This document shows, one piece after another, positions 30,535 to 32,000 of a stretch of DNA of 32,000 nt. Source of the DNA: Candidatus Iainarchaeum sp. (GTDB lineage Archaea; Iainarchaeota; Iainarchaeia; Iainarchaeales; VGJJ01); NCBI GenBank assembly GCA_030688545.1, contig JAUYHT010000002.1:210001-242000 (forward strand), written 5' to 3'. How positions within the stretch are numbered: the first letter of the stretch is position 1; every line of letters begins with the position of its first letter. A model generated the notes under the pieces. The model saw nothing but the letters and a program-made list of their open reading frames with translations, was not told the DNA's origin and searched no databases. The translations under genes and the position numbers were made by a program.

Positions 30535-31983
30535 TTAGTATGTTTTAGAAAACAAGGTGTACCATTCCGCAGTCTGGCCGCAATGCCCACACACCCCTTT
30601 CTCTGGTTGCTCATCCAATGGGATGCATCGCGAGGTCGCGGTGGTCTTTTCTTTTAGGGCTTTCTCGCACTCGGGACGCCCGCAGAACTTCATTCGAATG
30701 ATCTTGCGCTGCTGCAAAGCCTCCTCGAAGGCTTTCATGGTGTCTACGGTGATTAGGCTTCCATGGAGGAAGGATTCAGCCTTGGAAAATAGGGCATGAT
30801 GCATGGCCTCCAATTCGGATTCCACGGCTTGGGTTATCTGGGAAAGGGAAACCGTTTTTTTCTCCCCCGTATCGCGCCGAACAAGGATGCATTGGTCCTG
30901 CGCCACGTCCCGCGGGCCCAATTCGATTCGGAGGGGAATGCCCTTCAATTCCCATTCGTTGAATTTCCATCCCGGAGAATACCCGTCGCGGTCATCCACG
31001 AACGCTCCAAAAGAAGAGAGGGTGGTCTCCAGACCCCGCGCGGCCTTCAACACCCCCTCCCGGGTATCGGTGAAGAGAATTGGAACAATGGCCACTTTTT
31101 GGCGCGCCAGACGGGGAGGGAGAACCAATCCCTTATCATCCCCATGCACCATGACCAAAGCGCCCAACAGACGCGTGGAAATGCCCCAGGAATTCTGGTA
31201 GGGAAGATGGGCTTTCTCATCCTCGCCCGAGAACACCGTGCCAAAGGCTTTGGCAAACCGCTGACCCAAATCATGAGAGGTGCCCATCTGCAATGCTTTC
31301 CCATCCGGCATGAGGGCTTCGATGGTATAGGTTTCATCCGCCCCCGCAAAGCGTTCCATTTCCGTCTTTCTTCCCGCGATCACAGGTACGGCCAGCAATT
31401 CGTGGGACAATTTTTGGTATTCCATGAGGAAACGCAGGGCCTCATCCTTGGCTTCTTCATGCGTGGCATAGGCGCAATGCCCTTCCTGCCAGAGGAATTC
31501 CCTCCCCCGGAGGAAGAACTTAGTCATCTTAATTTCCCAGCGCACGATGTTACACCACTGGTTGATGCGCAATGGCAGATCGCGGTGGGATTGAATCCAT
31601 TTGGCGAACATGTCATTGATGATGGTTTCACTCGTGGGACGAATGGCTAAACGCTCGGCCCCCGCTTCCTCCTTTTCCTGGGCAATCCATGCCACTTCGG
31701 GAGCGAAGCCTTCCGCGTGGGATTTTTCCTTATTGAAAAAGGATTCGGGTATGAGGAGGGGGAAATAAGCGTTCTCCACGTCCAACACCTTCAAACGGGA
31801 ATTGAAATACGCTTGGATATCTTCCCAGAGCCGCATCGAGCCGGGACGATAAACCATGAAACCGTGCACGGGAGAATAATCCGCGAGCCCCGCCTTCAAG
31901 ACAACCTGGGTGTACCACTCAGATAAATCATCGGCTTTCTTCACGGTGACCCCCACCAGGGTTGGGGTGTTAGGCTTGGGCAT
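30535..31983 (-). CDS. proS: Prolyl-tRNA synthetase, archaeal/eukaryal type
   Basis: It has AIRPTSETI, FFLRGREFLWQEGH and GTSHDLGQRFAKAF. The C-terminal zinc-binding domain has CGRPECE...CGHCG, and the protein ends in Y. Confidence 0.9.
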   Translation of the reverse strand: MPKPNTPTLVGVTVKKADDLSEWYTQVVLKAGLADYSPVHGFMVYRPGSMRLWEDIQAYFNSRLKVLDVENAYFPLLIPESFFNKEKSHAEGFAPEVAWIAQEKEEAGAERLAIRPTSETIINDMFAKWIQSHRDLPLRINQWCNIVRWEIKMTKFFLRGREFLWQEGHCAYATHEEAKDEALRFLMEYQKLSHELLAVPVIAGRKTEMERFAGADETYTIEALMPDGKALQMGTSHDLGQRFAKAFGTVFSGEDEKAHLPYQNSWGISTRLLGALVMVHGDDKGLVLPPRLARQKVAIVPILFTDTREGVLKAARGLETTLSSFGAFVDDRDGYSPGWKFNEWELKGIPLRIELGPRDVAQDQCILVRRDTGEKKTVSLSQITQAVESELEAMHHALFSKAESFLHGSLITVDTMKAFEEALQQRKIIRMKFCGRPECEKALKEKTTATSRCIPLDEQPEKGVCGHCGQTAEWYTLFSKTY

Positions 31984-32000
31984 ACCACCATCCTACTCCC

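Overview
The window reads as a gene-dense archaeal chromosome segment. The domain call is an inference from gene content and architecture: Sec61-beta, a DRG-type GTPase, a ZPR1 zinc-finger protein, deoxyhypusine synthase, archaeal-type ProRS, a canonical C/D box sRNA, tRNA genes without encoded CCA, and TATA-like boxes about 26 nt upstream of most ATGs. Housekeeping genes are ileS (partial), dys, proS, TatD, DedA, an RNase HII/HIII-family gene, a HemK-like methylase and GNAT. They are interleaved with many membrane-anchored or secreted proteins of unknown function and three toxin-antitoxin pairs. There are five tRNA genes: Val-CAC, Leu-UAG, Arg-CCG, Leu-CAG and Trp-CCA. I saw no rRNA, CRISPR array, transposase or integrase. 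The main points of interest are as follows. (1) A tight operon encodes three paralogous cysteine-rich surface proteins, and the window also holds three CxxC thioredoxin-fold ectodomains. (2) An AT-rich islet between tRNA-Leu and tRNA-Arg carries an ECF sigma-70-like gene, which is unexpected in an archaeon. (3) Decayed copies of tRNA ends lie next to three tRNA genes, and both tRNA-Leu genes have a covarying two-hairpin trailer. (4) There is a family of T5-AGA-A6 palindromic intergenic repeats. (5) There are two candidate structured RNAs. All calls come from reading the sequence and the supplied translations, with no database search.
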